A stretch of 64,000 nucleotides of DNA from Lama guanicoe (taxonomy: Eukaryota): assembly GCA_013239625.1 (NCBI GenBank), contig MU053504.1, positions 498,001 to 562,000 of the forward strand. Direction: 5' to 3'. Made by a program: the position numbers and the translations under genes. Below, piece by piece: positions 1 through 13,400 of the stretch. Under the pieces are notes generated by a model that did no database searches, was not told the origin of the DNA, and worked only from the letters and a program-made list of their open reading frames with translations. Position 1 is the first letter of the stretch, and every line of letters starts with the position of its first letter.

Positions 1-149
1 CCGGTGCTAGAAGAAAGTATGTGTACCCTTTGCCTAAATTCTTGAATTCTAAGTTGTCTGTCAGAAGTTTTCTTACGTAACAATCATACCCCAATTTTAA
101 GTTTGGAAGATATTTTGGTGAAATCTTTTTTATTTCTTTAATAATTCAG

Positions 150-274
150 AGACCTCCGTGATGGAAGAACCAAATTCCCTGCAAGAGTTAAATCAATCCA
201 AAACTTGGAAGGAAGTGACTGATGGATCTAAGGGTAGCTCTCATGAGGATAACAATAAAAATATTAACTCTGAT
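150..274 (+). CDS. RAD21L1: RAD21L1 internal coding exon (meiotic cohesin kleisin); upstream exons lie outside the window
   Basis: ttcag|AG...GAT|gtaagt. Translates (E)[41 protein letters not shown], resembling recalled human RAD21L1 [42 protein letters not shown]. Confidence 0.9.
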
Positions 275-2276
275 GTAAGTTAATCAAAGAGAATCATAAA
301 AATATTATTATCTTTCTGACACAGATATGATAAAGGAACATTGAGACTCTAGTATAGCTTCTTACATTTATAGTTTATATTTCATCTTACGTTTTTCTAT
401 AATTTCTTTAGTATTACCAGTAGCACAGGGTAAAACATAATTTCCATCTGCAGAACAGTATTTTCTAAAAATTTAGGATAGTAAATCACAAGATACTGAT
501 TTAGTATTTTGCATGGTACATTGAATAAATGATTATACACAAATCTGGTTATATGCTGAGGCCTCACATTCAATTTGTCATGCAATCCTTTAAGACTCTA
601 GACAATACACATATGTTTTGCTTCTGATCAAAAATACACTCTTCCCACCTCTAAGAATAGTATGTTTTAGACCCACCAATTACTTTAGCCCTGAATCTGA
701 AAGGCTATCTAAAGATCCAGCTGGGGGAAGGAAAATACCCTGAAGACATAATTTTTATTTGTAAAACATAGTTATTAAAAAACATAGGTGAAAACAGTGT
801 GCTTTAAAACATTTTCCCAATGTCATTTTATTGACTGTACAAGTGTAAATATTACACTATACCAGATAAAATAAACCAGTGCTTTTCTGGTTTGTTCAAT
901 CGTCACTGTATTTTGATAACCACTCAGGGAATTCAGAGTCAATCCACATTGAAACCGAATGCCTTGGAAGGAAAGACAGTTTCATGATGCATTAAAACAG
1001 AATGTGTTTTACTAAATATTTGATAATATACTAGATATTGAGATACTCGGTTGCCAGTATGACTGTCTTCCTTATTTGGGATTGGGCATTTCTTAGAGTG
1101 CACCTACTGAAAATTATGATTAGGCAAGCTTGTTCAGTTTGTGATTTTTAACATTAACAAAATGTCTTTTCCCCAAGTGCTTGAAGTGAAGGAAAGAGAT
1201 TGATGTACTAGTTTTTTTTAACCTTTTACTCCTTTACCCTATGCTTATGCTTTAACCTTCAATTCCATTCCTATTCTGCTTCCAAAAATGGTGAACAGAT
1301 GTGAAATATAGTCAGGAATAGGAGCACAGTCAGTTTGAAGGGGCAGAAAAATATTGATTCTGATTATTCATTTTCAGATCCTTCAACAATTCAGAGTTTT
1401 TACGTAAAGTAACTGCACAATTGAGAGTATCTAAAATGTAGGCTATTCATAGAAATTAAAAGGGAAAACACATGATAGGGCACCACAAACGTGTATATCA
1501 AAGAATAAAATACAACTCCTTATATTCATGAAAATTTTAAAAAGTTAAAGGGAAAAAATCAAGAAACCTATGTTGTTGGAAGCTTTTAACTTAATCATCA
1601 TCACAGATGACAGCTGGGGAATGAAGCTTGAAGACAGTGAAGATGAAAAAGGGGCCAACAGCTTCCACAGCAATAAAAAGGGGGAGATGTTGGGGTATGG
1701 AGAATTTCTGGCTTTCTCTTTTTCCTTCTTTCTTTATGTCTTCACTCCCCTTTCCGAGGACATAGTTTTTCTTCTCTCTTGCCAGTGGCAGCTCTAGCTG
1801 TGGTGGCAAGAATCCTGCCTTAGACCTCAGCAGGAACATTAATATCCCTTCCCCCATTCTCATTCCCTCTGCTTGCAGTCCTTCCTCGGCCATGTGGTTC
1901 TGGCCTGAGAATAGAGGTAGGGGTCTGAGGCAAAGACAACATGCTTCAAAGGAAAGTGGTCTCAGCCGCACAGCAGTCTTTTGATAAGAGGTCAGCAGGG
2001 ATGAGGGAAAATACGAAGGGAAAAGATAGGCAGCCAGGAGGGCAAGGACATGCAACTTCTTCATTTATCAGGGGCAGAAGGAAAACAGGAATATTTAAGT
2101 CAGGGGCTACCTATCTGGGATGTTTCAGAAATAATATTTTGAGAATGCAGGTAGTATTTTAAATTAGGTTTAGAAATGAGCATTCATGTGACTAAAGCAC
2201 TTAACAACATGGGATTGTCCCTGTGATGACGACTACTACTGGGATGACTTACCTATATTTCCCTAATTTGCTTTAG

Positions 2277-2372
2277 CAGGATATTGTTGAAACGGTGTCA
2301 TCAGCTGCCGGGAAATTGTCCTTAATGAATACCATCTTGACACAAGAAATTGAAAATTGTCCAGTTGAATTG
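2277..2372 (+). CDS. RAD21L1: RAD21L1 internal coding exon
   Basis: ctttag|CAG GAT...TTG|gtaaat, 96 nt, phase 0-0. QDIVETVSSAAGKLSLMNTILTQEIENCPVEL resembles recalled human QDIVEMVSLAAEESSLMNDLFAQEIEYSPVEL. Confidence 0.88.
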
Positions 2373-4660
2373 GTAAATATCTGTGTAGTTTTGAGAATGT
2401 TCTTAAAAATTTGGTTCCTGAATAGTTAACACCTTATTTACCTAAAATTTGCTTTTATAGAGCTGTCATGTTACTTTCTAAAATTACAATTTAAATTGGT
2501 GATCTTAAAAAAGATGTGTATGAGTAGCTTGATAAAACACATTCAAAGTTGCTTTGATCTTTTTTCTTTCTTTAATATATTTTGAAACTTCAAATAATGT
2601 AAAGAAATGTATGAGATTGTTATGCTTATCAAAGGTGTCACAGGTTAAAAATGTTTTAAGAATCATTGTTTTAAGTTATTCTTATAACATCTCTAAAGAA
2701 ATAGAGCTACATCAGGGGTATATCCAAGGGCATTTGAATTTTCATTTTATTTAAAGAAAAATGAATGGGCATTACTTCCCAAAACATTACATAGCTCAAG
2801 GCCTATGTCTTTGCAAAACTTCTAGAGATCAGAGAAAGAGAATGGTGTGCTCAGAGGGCCACAAGTCAGCAGCAGAGCCAGAGCCAACATCTGACTCACC
2901 TGTCTCATTGCTCTAGTCCTTGCCCCACAGCACTGAAGGTATTTTTAAGATTGTAACCAGTTTTAACAAAAGTTTCTTAGTAAATAATATCAGAACACCT
3001 GTTGATGCCTAATGTTTGATTTTAAATAAATTACCTTTATAATAAGTTCCCAAACTATTAATTTTTTTAATGTGTGGAAAACAGACTGAATTCTCTGGAT
3101 AATCTAGGGCAGAATAAATACCTGAACTTTGCACCTGAAACATCCAAACAGCTGAGCCAGAGGAGGGTTGAGTCACTTCTGCCTTTCTCTTTGCTTCTAG
3201 ACACAGGTTATTTTCATACATGGTCAAGCAAACCACAACACAGCACAAGTTCAGCTGTTTTAATAATCCGCTGGGCTTTCCACACAATGGACTCAGCTGT
3301 AGGGTGTCCAGATAGATCAAGCGGACAGGCTTCAGCAAAGTGCACAGACTATTTTTTCTGAGCCTTTTCCTGGTTAGTTTAGTTGTGCAATGTAGGTGAA
3401 GCTGCAGTCTCCCGGCTCTTTAACAAAGAGTTGGGCCATTTTTTACATTTGAAAAATAGCATTTGTGTATTTAACAATAAAATAAACATAGTAATTGGGT
3501 GAATTCATTTATCTCAGGACAGACCAAAAAGGAATAAACATAAATCGTAGCTGGAGGAATTTAGAAAACTCTTCAGAGCAAAGTGACCATATTTTCAAAT
3601 CAGTCTCTTTGGAATGTAAGGAAGGATGCTGCCCAGGCAGAGCCAGGAAGCCGGTATAGCTGGTAGGAATGGAGACTTGGCAATCTCCTTCGCCTCAAAT
3701 GATTTAAAATGTCATACAGGATATCCTGGAGCTTTCTGAAATCATTTTGGAGTCCATGAAATTGAAAACACTTTTAGAAAGTGTCTGGACTCCAGAGGTA
3801 TGCACGAAGGCTTGACAAACAGTGGAGCTGTGACAAGGATGACACAGAAGCTATTGGATTGCATGGTCAGAGACAGGGTAGGAAAAATGATAAAATAGGT
3901 CAGATCTGCGTCACTTACTTCCCCCAACCCTTGTCGGCTTGCTCTTTTTATCATACTCATCAGCACCTTTCCTGTGCCCAGTTCTGTTCTCAGCTCATAA
4001 GGTGTTAGTTGGTAAGGACTTAGAGTGCGTTCCTGTGAAGGGATTTCAACTTTACAATTTTTAAATATTAAGATGTTTCTGAAGGTGGCTAAATTTCAAA
4101 GACTGAGAAGGATGAATCTATTCACATAACATGATGGTCACTGGGTTGATCTTTTTTGGACAAGGCACTCTTGAAATTCGAAAAGTCTCTAACCTAATTG
4201 TACACAACCTACTAAACATCAGTTATTGTTAGAACTTCTAGATCACCAGATAAATTCAGATAAAAGCCTTTACAGGGCAGTTCTTCTATAGTTTTATGTT
4301 TACTCCTGTCAACTGAGTTGAGATTGACCAGAGCTGGGACAGTCCTAGCCAACAGCGGTCATCTTTACTTTTAAAAGTAAGAATGCCTGGGATGCGTCAC
4401 CAATAAAGATGGTGAAATCTCCTACACTGGAGCTCCTTGTCAGAAGACAGCCTGGGAGCATAGATATAATCCTGCAAAGGTTGAGCTATATTTGTATGTT
4501 AGTGTTTTCTCTCTGTTATTAGACTATTAGCTCCTTATTTGGCAGGACCCAGTGTTACAGTTGTGTTTCTTGTGGCAGCTAACGTATGTTTCACAAGTAG
4601 TAAACATTCAGTAAAATTTGCTTAAATGAAATATTTTATTCAAATATTTTATTCAAACAG

Positions 4661-4738
4661 GAGTCATTGGGGAACGAACAAAATATTGAGGAAGAGAGAT
4701 GGAATCGAAGAATACTTCAGGTGTTAAACAGTTTGCGG
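4661..4738 (+). CDS. RAD21L1: RAD21L1 penultimate coding exon
   Basis: aaacag|GAG...CGG|gtaaga, 78 nt. [26 protein letters not shown] matches the RAD21-family ERWNxR segment. Confidence 0.9.
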
Positions 4739-5389
4739 GTAAGATGGTAGGGTTTTTCAACCCTACTTTTTAAATAAATAAAATGTTGACTTCAATCTTC
4801 TAGATACTAATAAAAATGAAACCATTTTCATTGTACTTGTGTTGAAGCCAAATTACACTAGAGTGAAATGATTTTGAGTGGTATAATCAGGGCTAAATAT
4901 GAGAGTGTTTTTGGTGCACTTCTTATCCATATTCATACCCCTAGAAATCTAGTCTGTGTCCCATTCTTGCATTTAACAGGCTGTCAACTAATCCTCAATA
5001 TGGAACTAAATTTATAACAGTTTAAGAATGAAATAGATCATTTAACAACTTAACTTATATTTTTATCAAAATGATACATGTATATAATTTTGAAAGTTCA
5101 GTGGTACTATGCTGTAAGACTGAAAAGGAAACACAGACGTCCTTTGTCGTACCCCTCCTTATCCCTAATCCTGCGCACCAGAGGAAACTATTTTAAACCG
5201 TTTATTTCAGTATTTATATCTATATTTCTAATTATGTGTTCTTACTGCTCTTTCCTAATATTTCAGCTTTCCATTTTATCTGTTGACTCCTTTCAACAGA
5301 AAATGAAAATTTACCTTAGTTTTAGCTCCACCACCCAAGTCTATTTTCAGCACAGTGTTCAGTGTTTACAGTGTTATAATTGTAATAGT

Positions 5390-5788
5390 TATGGTGCAGG
5401 TTTGGTTGTGACAGAGAGCCAAAATACCAATGGCTTACAAAGATGGAAGCTTATTTCTCTCTCAGTGTTCTCCAGTATGGCAGCTATGCTCTCAAAGTTG
5501 TCAGAGGCCCAGTTTCCCTTTATCTCGTTTTCTTTATTCTTAAGATCCATAATGGGTAACTACCCACCGTGTGGGCATTCCAATCAGCAGCAAGGTTTCC
5601 TTTAAGGGTACAACCCAGCAACTGTGTGTATTACTCTTCACCTCTCATTGACCAGTGCTTAGTTGCCTTGCCACATCTAGCTGGGAAATGTAGTCCTTAC
5701 CTGGCAACCATGGGCCCAGCTAATAATTCTATTACTGTGGAAGAAGAGGAGAATGGATATTAAGGGACGACTGGTAGTTGCTGCCACA
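5390..5788. mobile_element. Old MaLR LTR (MLT1-like) in the last RAD21L1 intron
   Basis: Motifs such as aatggcttacaaagatggaagcttatttctctctca and gagaatggatatt...ctgccaca resemble recalled MLT1J/K consensus. Confidence 0.5.
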
Positions 5789-6257
5789 AAGACTATACAA
5801 AAATTAGTTTACATTGAAGCTTCATAATGTAATTGCATTTCTTTTCTTGTCAACTTTATGGGTTTTAGGGGGAGGGGGACAGTTAATCGTTACCTCATTT
5901 TTCTCATTTGCTTAATGTCCATATCACACCCATCCTTAATTCTTTTTCTAAACTCTTTGACAGTATAATAAAACCCCTTTTAGTATGGTCAGACAGATCA
6001 ATTGATTCATCAGTTCCTTTTTTTTTTTTCTTGAAGGCATCCTTCCCAGAGCTCATCCTCCTGTTGTAATCATGACTGGTTGCTTTCTAGATCTGTTCCA
6101 TAGTTTGTCTTGGGACATTCCTTTACCATAACATGGGAATTCCTTTGTCTCTTTCCCTGTATTTCTTCTATGGTAGTTCCTCTATTTCTTTATCTTGAAT
6201 TGTTTTGGTGGTTGGCATCCTCTCATAATTTCCTGAGGTAAACAGTACATAGGAGAT

Positions 6258-6450
6258 GGTGGGAGGGTATAGCTCAGTGGTAGAGTGCACGCTTAGCATG
6301 CACGAGGTCCTGGGATCAATACCCATATACCTCCATTAAAATACATAAGTAAAAAAATAAAACCTAATTACCTCCTTCTTAAAACAAACAAACAAAAAAA
6401 CCCCAAAAAACAAAAAATAAATTAATTAAAATAAAATATATTTTTTTAAA
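6258..6450 (+). mobile_element. tRNA-Ala-derived camelid SINE (Vic-1 type) with A-rich tail
   Basis: gggagggtatagctcagtggtagagtgcacgcttagcatgcacgaggtcctgggatcaatacccatatacctcc has A-box and degenerate B-box, followed by a long A-rich tail. Confidence 0.8.
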
Positions 6451-8217
6451 AGAGTGAATAAAAGATAGAGACCTTACATACAAGTCTGAAAATGTCCTTA
6501 TTTTACCTTTAACTTGATTGGACATATCTGAACATAGTTTGAAAATAATACCTCCCAAATGTTAAAGGCTTTGTAACATTTCTAGGCTTCTGTGTTGTTA
6601 TTGAAAAGTCAGATGCTGCTTGGTTTGTGGTCCTTCGTAGGTGACCTTCATTTTCTCTCTGGAAGCTTTTAGATCTTTTCTTTATCCCTAGTGGCCTGGA
6701 ATTTCATGATAATGTGCTGTGTTATGGGTCTTTTTCATTTATGTATACATAAGTGTTATGTATACATAAATGTTATGTATATATCTGTGAAACCATCACC
6801 ACAATCAAGATAGTGAACAAAACTATAATCCCTCTGTAGGGGCAAGAAGACAGATGTAAAGCTTTGGGTTACAATTGGAGAGAAAACCAATTTAGGACTG
6901 AACCTTTTCAAGAGGCCTTTGATTGCTGACAGAATCTCCCCTTAACTTCAAACTTTAGACAAACTAAGAAGTCTTTGTGTCAGTGTACATAAACCACTGA
7001 GTTGTACAAAAATCCCTGTTAGTTGGGAGAAACAGTAGTAACAGGATAGATTAAAGAATTGGCACATGCCAATTCAGATTGTGGGGACTGGCCAGTCTGA
7101 AGTGAGTGGAGCTGGCTAGAGGCTGAAAATCCAGTTGGATGTTGCAGCTCAAATCCAGGATCTATAGATCAGAACAGCAGAATGGAAACTCACTCTAGAG
7201 ACAGAATGGTTAGTGCATTCCTCAAAAATCCTTGTTCTCCAAATAAATTCCTAAAATGCTTTCCTCAAACAGGGTCAAGATTCTGTAGCTCAAATTGGCT
7301 TGCTTTTTGCTCTGCTGGCATTTAGGTTCCAGCTTTCTTTACCCTAAGTCAGTTAGTCTTACACTTTATCTCCTTCCTTTACCTTCAATTTAGAGGAGCT
7401 TCTGGAGGAATCAGAATAAGGATGTGTTCAGTCTTGCATATTTGAGCTCTCAGGGTGTTTTTCAAAAGGAAATTGAGAATGCTGTCCCTGCTCTTTCCCT
7501 GGAGAAAAAGCCACCAATCCACATCTTGTCTCCTCAAGAGGGGGAATAAATGATGGCTTGGCATGTCACCTCTGAAATGTTGTTGACACTGAGCCACTCC
7601 TTTGGTTGAGATAAAGTATGATAAAGTATTTTAACTTTTTAATTTGTTAAATGTTATGGACTGGCAGATGCTTCACAGCTATCAAATTAGTACAATATTC
7701 ACAGGGATACTGGCCAGTATTCACCACAGTATTTCTAACTCAAAAATAATACTTCTAGTCTAGGAATCTGATTCCAAGTATATAGTCTAATTAAATACTC
7801 TATTGTGCCTCAGTTTTTTCTACTAGGTTCACGGGTGCCCTATAGTGAACCCAACATCTTTTTAATCTGTGCAGAGAAACTAGGAGAGGTTTATTCATTC
7901 ATACTCCCCTGCCACTACATTTACCACCAGCGTTCTTTATATTCACCTCCACTGCGAAGTACCTTTAAAGAAAAGAAACCTGATAGGCTGATAATTTTCA
8001 TTGTTTTTGAAGACTCACAAAGTCTTGTGGATAATTTTTTTTAATTAATTGTATTTTCCACAGGAGCCATTTATGTTAACATCAATTTTGTAAAAGATCT
8101 AACATTTGTATAACACATTAGAAATTTGTACAACACTTTAGAGTTCTTTTGCATGTATTTTCTCAATGAACCAAGCTATGCTCAATGACCTATGATGTTT
8201 TTTAAGTTTCCTAATGA

Positions 8218-8550
<333 letters not shown>

Positions 8551-9212
8551 AGGAAATACGGAACATGCAGATTTGTGTCATTATTGGAATTTCTGTATAG
8601 TTTGCTCAATTTAATGCAGAAGCCATCTGGAAGCCGCTGAAGGTCTGGTCCATTTCATAGATAGGCTGACCCCCTATTTCTTCATTGTAAGTTCAGAATA
8701 ATCATAGCCAGAAATACTTAATTATAGCTAAGTAATATTTTTAACTTAGCTGACTTGAATGTATATCATTAACCATTTCCCTGACTTGAATGTTGCATTT
8801 AGGGCACATTTTTAAAATACTACATGCCTTCAAGAATCATTCAAGGAATTTTAAAAATTAGATAATTTACTTAAATTTTATGGATATTAATAATTAATAC
8901 TTCTTATTCCCCATAGACTATAATTATTTGATTCTAATGCATATCTTTCTTGATTTGACCTAATGTCATGATTTTTAATCTAATATCTTAATTGAAGAGT
9001 TATAAAATTCATCTTTGTTTTAAATTATCTGAATGGCTTTTATTATTTATAAGTCTATTTATAAGTCATTCAACCTACTTGTTTACTATTTAATGATTAT
9101 TATGGCCACCATTCATATGTCTGCAAAACTAAGTCTGCTTCTTACATTAAAAAATTAGCAGACACTTATTCAGCATGTTGTCTGCAGCTACAATTCAAGT
9201 AAAGGTCACTAA

Positions 9213-9218
9213 AATAAA
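9213..9218 (+). promoter_or_regulatory. Candidate RAD21L1 polyadenylation signal AATAAA (ATTAAA also at 9146 and 9253)
   Basis: Canonical hexamer ~660 nt after the stop codon, followed by GT/T-rich sequence. Confidence 0.5.
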
Positions 9219-9479
9219 TGCCTTTACTTGGTGTTTACTGAGCATTTTTTACATTAAAACCATTGTTTTTCTTTTCTCTTATTTGAAATTTGAGTTAAGA
9301 AATTTTCATATAATGCTCTGTGAGCTCCGTAACGTACTATAAAACGAAGCCCATGGTACTCTCTAAAATACTATTGTATCTGGAATTGTGCTACAGACTT
9401 AATTCTAAATGGCCTCTTTGAATGTATTAACTACAAGTTTTTTATGTCAAATTTGCCTTTTAAAATTTTTCCTTTAATT

Positions 9480-11300
9480 TTTATTAAAATTAAAAAACAC
9501 ACAGAAAATTTGACTTTTTCATTTTGGTGCACAGTTCTATGAATTTTAGCACATGTATAGGTTCCTGTAACCACCGCCAGAACCAGGATTCCAATAAAGT
9601 CACCCCAAAATAACTGCTTTGTGCTGTCCCTTTGTAGTCACACCTTTCCCCCATTCTAACTTCTGGCCACCACGCTTCTATATGACTATAGTTTTGTCTT
9701 CTTAAGAATGTCATACAAATGGAATTATGTAGTAATGTAACCTTCGTGAGACTTGCTTCTTTCACTCAGCGTGTCTTTGAGATTAGGACAAGTTGTAGCA
9801 TGTGTCAGTAGTTTAGTCCTATGTATTGCTAAGTAGTATTCTGTTGTCTGGATATACCACAGTTTTTATCCATTTATCCCTTGAAGGACATTTAAGTTGT
9901 TTCCAGCTTCTGACAATTATAAATAGACCTGCTACATACACCTGTGTACAGTCTCTGTGTGAATATGTTTTTATTTCTCTAGGATAAATATCTAGGTCTG
10001 AGTCATACAGTAAGTGCATGTTTAACTTTATAAGAAATTAGCAAGTTATTTTCCATGTGTGCCTTTTTGCACTCCCATTAGCAATGTGTGAGAGTTCCAG
10101 TTGACTTTTAATTTTTATTTTGAGATAGCTGTAGGTTCACATGAATTTGTAAAAAATAATACAGAAAGACCCTGTATATCCTTCACCCAGTTCCTCCCAA
10201 TGGTAACATCTTGCATAATTATAGCACAATATCACAGGAAAGTGGCATTGATACTGTCCACTTACTCATATTTCACTAGTTTTACATGCATTCATCTGTT
10301 TGTGTGTATTTAGTTCTGTGCAACTTTATCACCTAGGTAGCTTCACGTGACCACCACCACAGTCAAGAAACAGAACAGTTTCATCACTTGTGCTACCTTT
10401 TTGTAGCCACAGCCACCTCTCTCCCTGCCCTGATCCCTAGCCCCTGACAACCATGAATCTGTTCTCTATCTCTGTAATTTTGTCATTAATACAATTGACT
10501 TTTGTGGGTTAACTCTGTATCCTCTGACCTTGCTAAACTCTCAGAATTCTAGGAGTTTGTTTTTGTAGATTCCTTGGGATATTTTATACAATCATGTCTG
10601 CAAATAGGGACGATTTCATTTCTTCCATTGCAATCTGTTTCCAATGCAAGAAGGAAAGCATTCACTCTTCCACCATTATGATGTTAAGTATGGCTGGTTT
10701 TGTGGGGGAGGGTGGGCATGTGGAGGTATTTTTCATCAGGTTGAGGATATTCCCTTTTATTCCTAGTTTGCTGAGAGGTTGTTTTTGTTTGTTTGTTTTA
10801 TCATGAGTGGATGTTGAATTTTGTTAAATGCTTTTTCTGAATTAATTAGTGAGGTTTTTCTTTAGACTATTCTTTAAATATGGTGGATTATACCAGCTGA
10901 TTTTTGAATTTTTCACCAGCTTTGCATTTCTAAGATAAACTCTACTTGGCCATGGTATATTATTTCTTTTATGTATTGCTGGATTCAATTTGCTAATATG
11001 GTTTAACAGCTTTATTGAGCTGTAATTCACATATCATGTAATTTTTAAAGTGTTAAACTCTTTTTTTAAATTGTCCAATTCATGGTTTTTAGTATATTCA
11101 CAGTATTATGCAACCATCACCATTATCTAATTTTAGAACATTTTCATTATCAAAAGAAACCCCATACTCATAAACAATGACTCCCCACTACCTCCTTCCC
11201 TGCATCTCCTGGCATCAACTAATCAACTTTCTGTCTCTAATAGGGTATATGGTCTTTTGTTACGGTTTTTTTTTTTCACTTAGCATAATGTTTTCAAGTT
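9480..11300 (-). mobile_element. Cluster of old L1 (L1M-type) fragments: several 3' ends plus an ORF2 remnant
   Basis: Minus-strand remnant peptides such as YPREIKTYSH...WKQLKCPS...W. Three separate T-rich L1 3'-end starts at about 9480, 10100 and 11005. Confidence 0.8.
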
Positions 11301-11500
11301 TTTCAGTTTTCAATAGTAACTGAAATTATTATTTTTCTATTATTATCATTATTATAATTTGGTTTATCCTCTTTGGGGGTTCACTCACCAGAAAGCTGGA
11401 ACTTGGAGCTTTATTTACCCTTCTTTGTTTTGCTGCCTTCTTCCCACAATTGCATCTGCAGCTGGAGCTAAATGGTGGGAGGACAGAGCCAAAAGACAAA

Positions 11501-11532
11501 AAACAAACAAACAAACAAACAAACAAACAAAC
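11501..11532 (+). repeat. (AAAC)8 microsatellite
   Basis: Read directly from the sequence. Confidence 0.95.
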
Positions 11533-13074
11533 AAAAACAGCAGAGGCTCACTCTCTCTCAGGACCATAGCTACGCTGAGTGGAGAAGCTTCACCTCCCTC
11601 AGAGTTTTAGGCACCTATGCGTCCCTGGTGTCACAGCCAACACTGCAGGATTGCCTGGAGGCTGGGTTGTGAGATGAAGGAGAAAAGATTAAAAAAGAAA
11701 AGAAAAATTACTTCTTCTACTCACTCTGAGCATTGGGGAGTTCTCCTTTCCTGATCCTCAAGTCAGAACTAGGAAGACACGTGGGAGCTCTCTCTGTATT
11801 GATTCCCCACTTCCAGATTTGGGGCTGCCTTGAGATCAGGCTGGGGGACACCAGAGGAAACAAAACTGGTAAATTCACTAATCAGTGTTATATCAAATTC
11901 TGGCCTTCTTCCCCAATTTGCCTCCTAATATTTTCTCTTCAGAGTCCCCAAGTAGCTGCTGTATGCATTTTGTTCAGTTTATTACTGCGTTCAGTGGGAT
12001 AAGTGTGCTTACCCAGAATTGGAACCAAAATTGCTTTTGAAACTAAAAAAATTTAAGTATTTCCCAATTTGTACAAAGCAAAACTACTAATTTCTTTAGA
12101 CTAATTTTGTTTTATGCTTAAAATCCTCATTTGTTGCAATTTATATTATTACTTAACACTGGCTGTCTCCTTCTCAATCTTGTGCTTTTTATGACACTAA
12201 GAGGAGAATTCTTACTAGCTAACACCATTCCAGAAGGGAGTAATGTGGATAGAGGTTCTCTCTGTTTTGGGGGGAAAGTTCCTTGTGGATATTTCTAGGA
12301 AATGTATTCTTGTAAGTATCAAGTGAAAAAAATATGAAGATAGGCAAGAAAAAAATTTTTTAGATGCGGATCTCAGAAATTATCTCTTGATGAACAAACA
12401 ATAATTACATGGCTTCCTTTGGTTTTGCTTTAATCGTAAATAATTCACTTATATAATTTAGATGGGCCTTAGGGCAATGAAAACATTCTATTAATTCACT
12501 TGCTAGTTTAGCATTAGGGTTTTGGTTTTTTGTTGTTTTTTTTTAAGACAGCAGGCCTTATTTCACATGGCTTTTTCAACTGCAGTTTCCTATTCCTGCT
12601 ACAATTGCTCTGCCATATTTTATCACAAAGCATAATATAATGGTGGCCATCTGATATGGGAATTCAATTTCATTGAATAAGGAAAAAATATAACCAGTGC
12701 CAAAAAATTCATAGATATTTGTTGCAAAATTATGTATATTATTATAGAGCAATGGATTTACCACAAATCAGAGCTACTAAAAAGATTTAACTTTGAGAAG
12801 TAACAGTTAATTTAAAATAATTATTTTAAATGTGTGTTGTATGTTGTAAATATTAATTATTTCTCACCAGGCCAGTATTGCAGTCATGATATGAAGTTGG
12901 TAAAGTCACTTTACAAATTCTTGGAAAAGTGAGCTTAGGGTGGAGGGTACCAAGTTCAATCCTGCCAAGAGTAGACAGAGACTTAAGGATCCAAAGAGTC
13001 TTAAGAGACCAGGATAACATCTGGCCTAGTGTTCTTAAAGAAGACTAGGGCCTGGCACCATGTATGCTTACTCT

Positions 13075-13400
13075 CTTATTCACTTAGTCAATATTTAGTG
13101 GGCATCAGATATGTGTTAGGCAGCATCCTAGGCACTGGGGATATAGCAGGAGACAAAGTCCCTTCCCTAATGGAGTGTATATTCTAGTGGGCACAATAAT
13201 GACAGAATAACAAATAGTAAAAATACAATACGTCAGGTGGTGGTGAAACACAGCAAAACTAGGGCAGAGGAAATGAGGAAGGAGGGAATTACTATTTTGC
13301 TGGTCAAGGAAGGCCTTCCTGGGACAGTGACATTTGAACAGAGATCTGGAAGAAGTGAGGGATGGTTTTGAGCAGAGGAATGACTGATCAAATAGACAGG
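13075..13400 (-). mobile_element. L2 LINE 3' fragment
   Basis: attcacttagtcaatatttagtg...ctaggcactggggatatagcag...gtcaaggaaggccttcct...gacatttgaacagagatctgga resembles reverse-complemented L2 3' end. Confidence 0.65.

Noticed and set aside
1591..2064. 157-aa minus-strand ORF and overlapping plus-strand ORFs
   Set aside because: Intronic and low complexity, with no recognisable domain or splice-consistent structure.
5078..5605. 175-aa plus-strand ORF
   Set aside because: Runs through intronic and LTR-like sequence; composition reflects T-rich DNA with no protein-family signal.
6261..6335. tRNA-Ala gene
   Set aside because: Degenerate B-box and acceptor stem, followed by an A-rich tail; a second copy has a target-site duplication. 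It is a tRNA-derived SINE.
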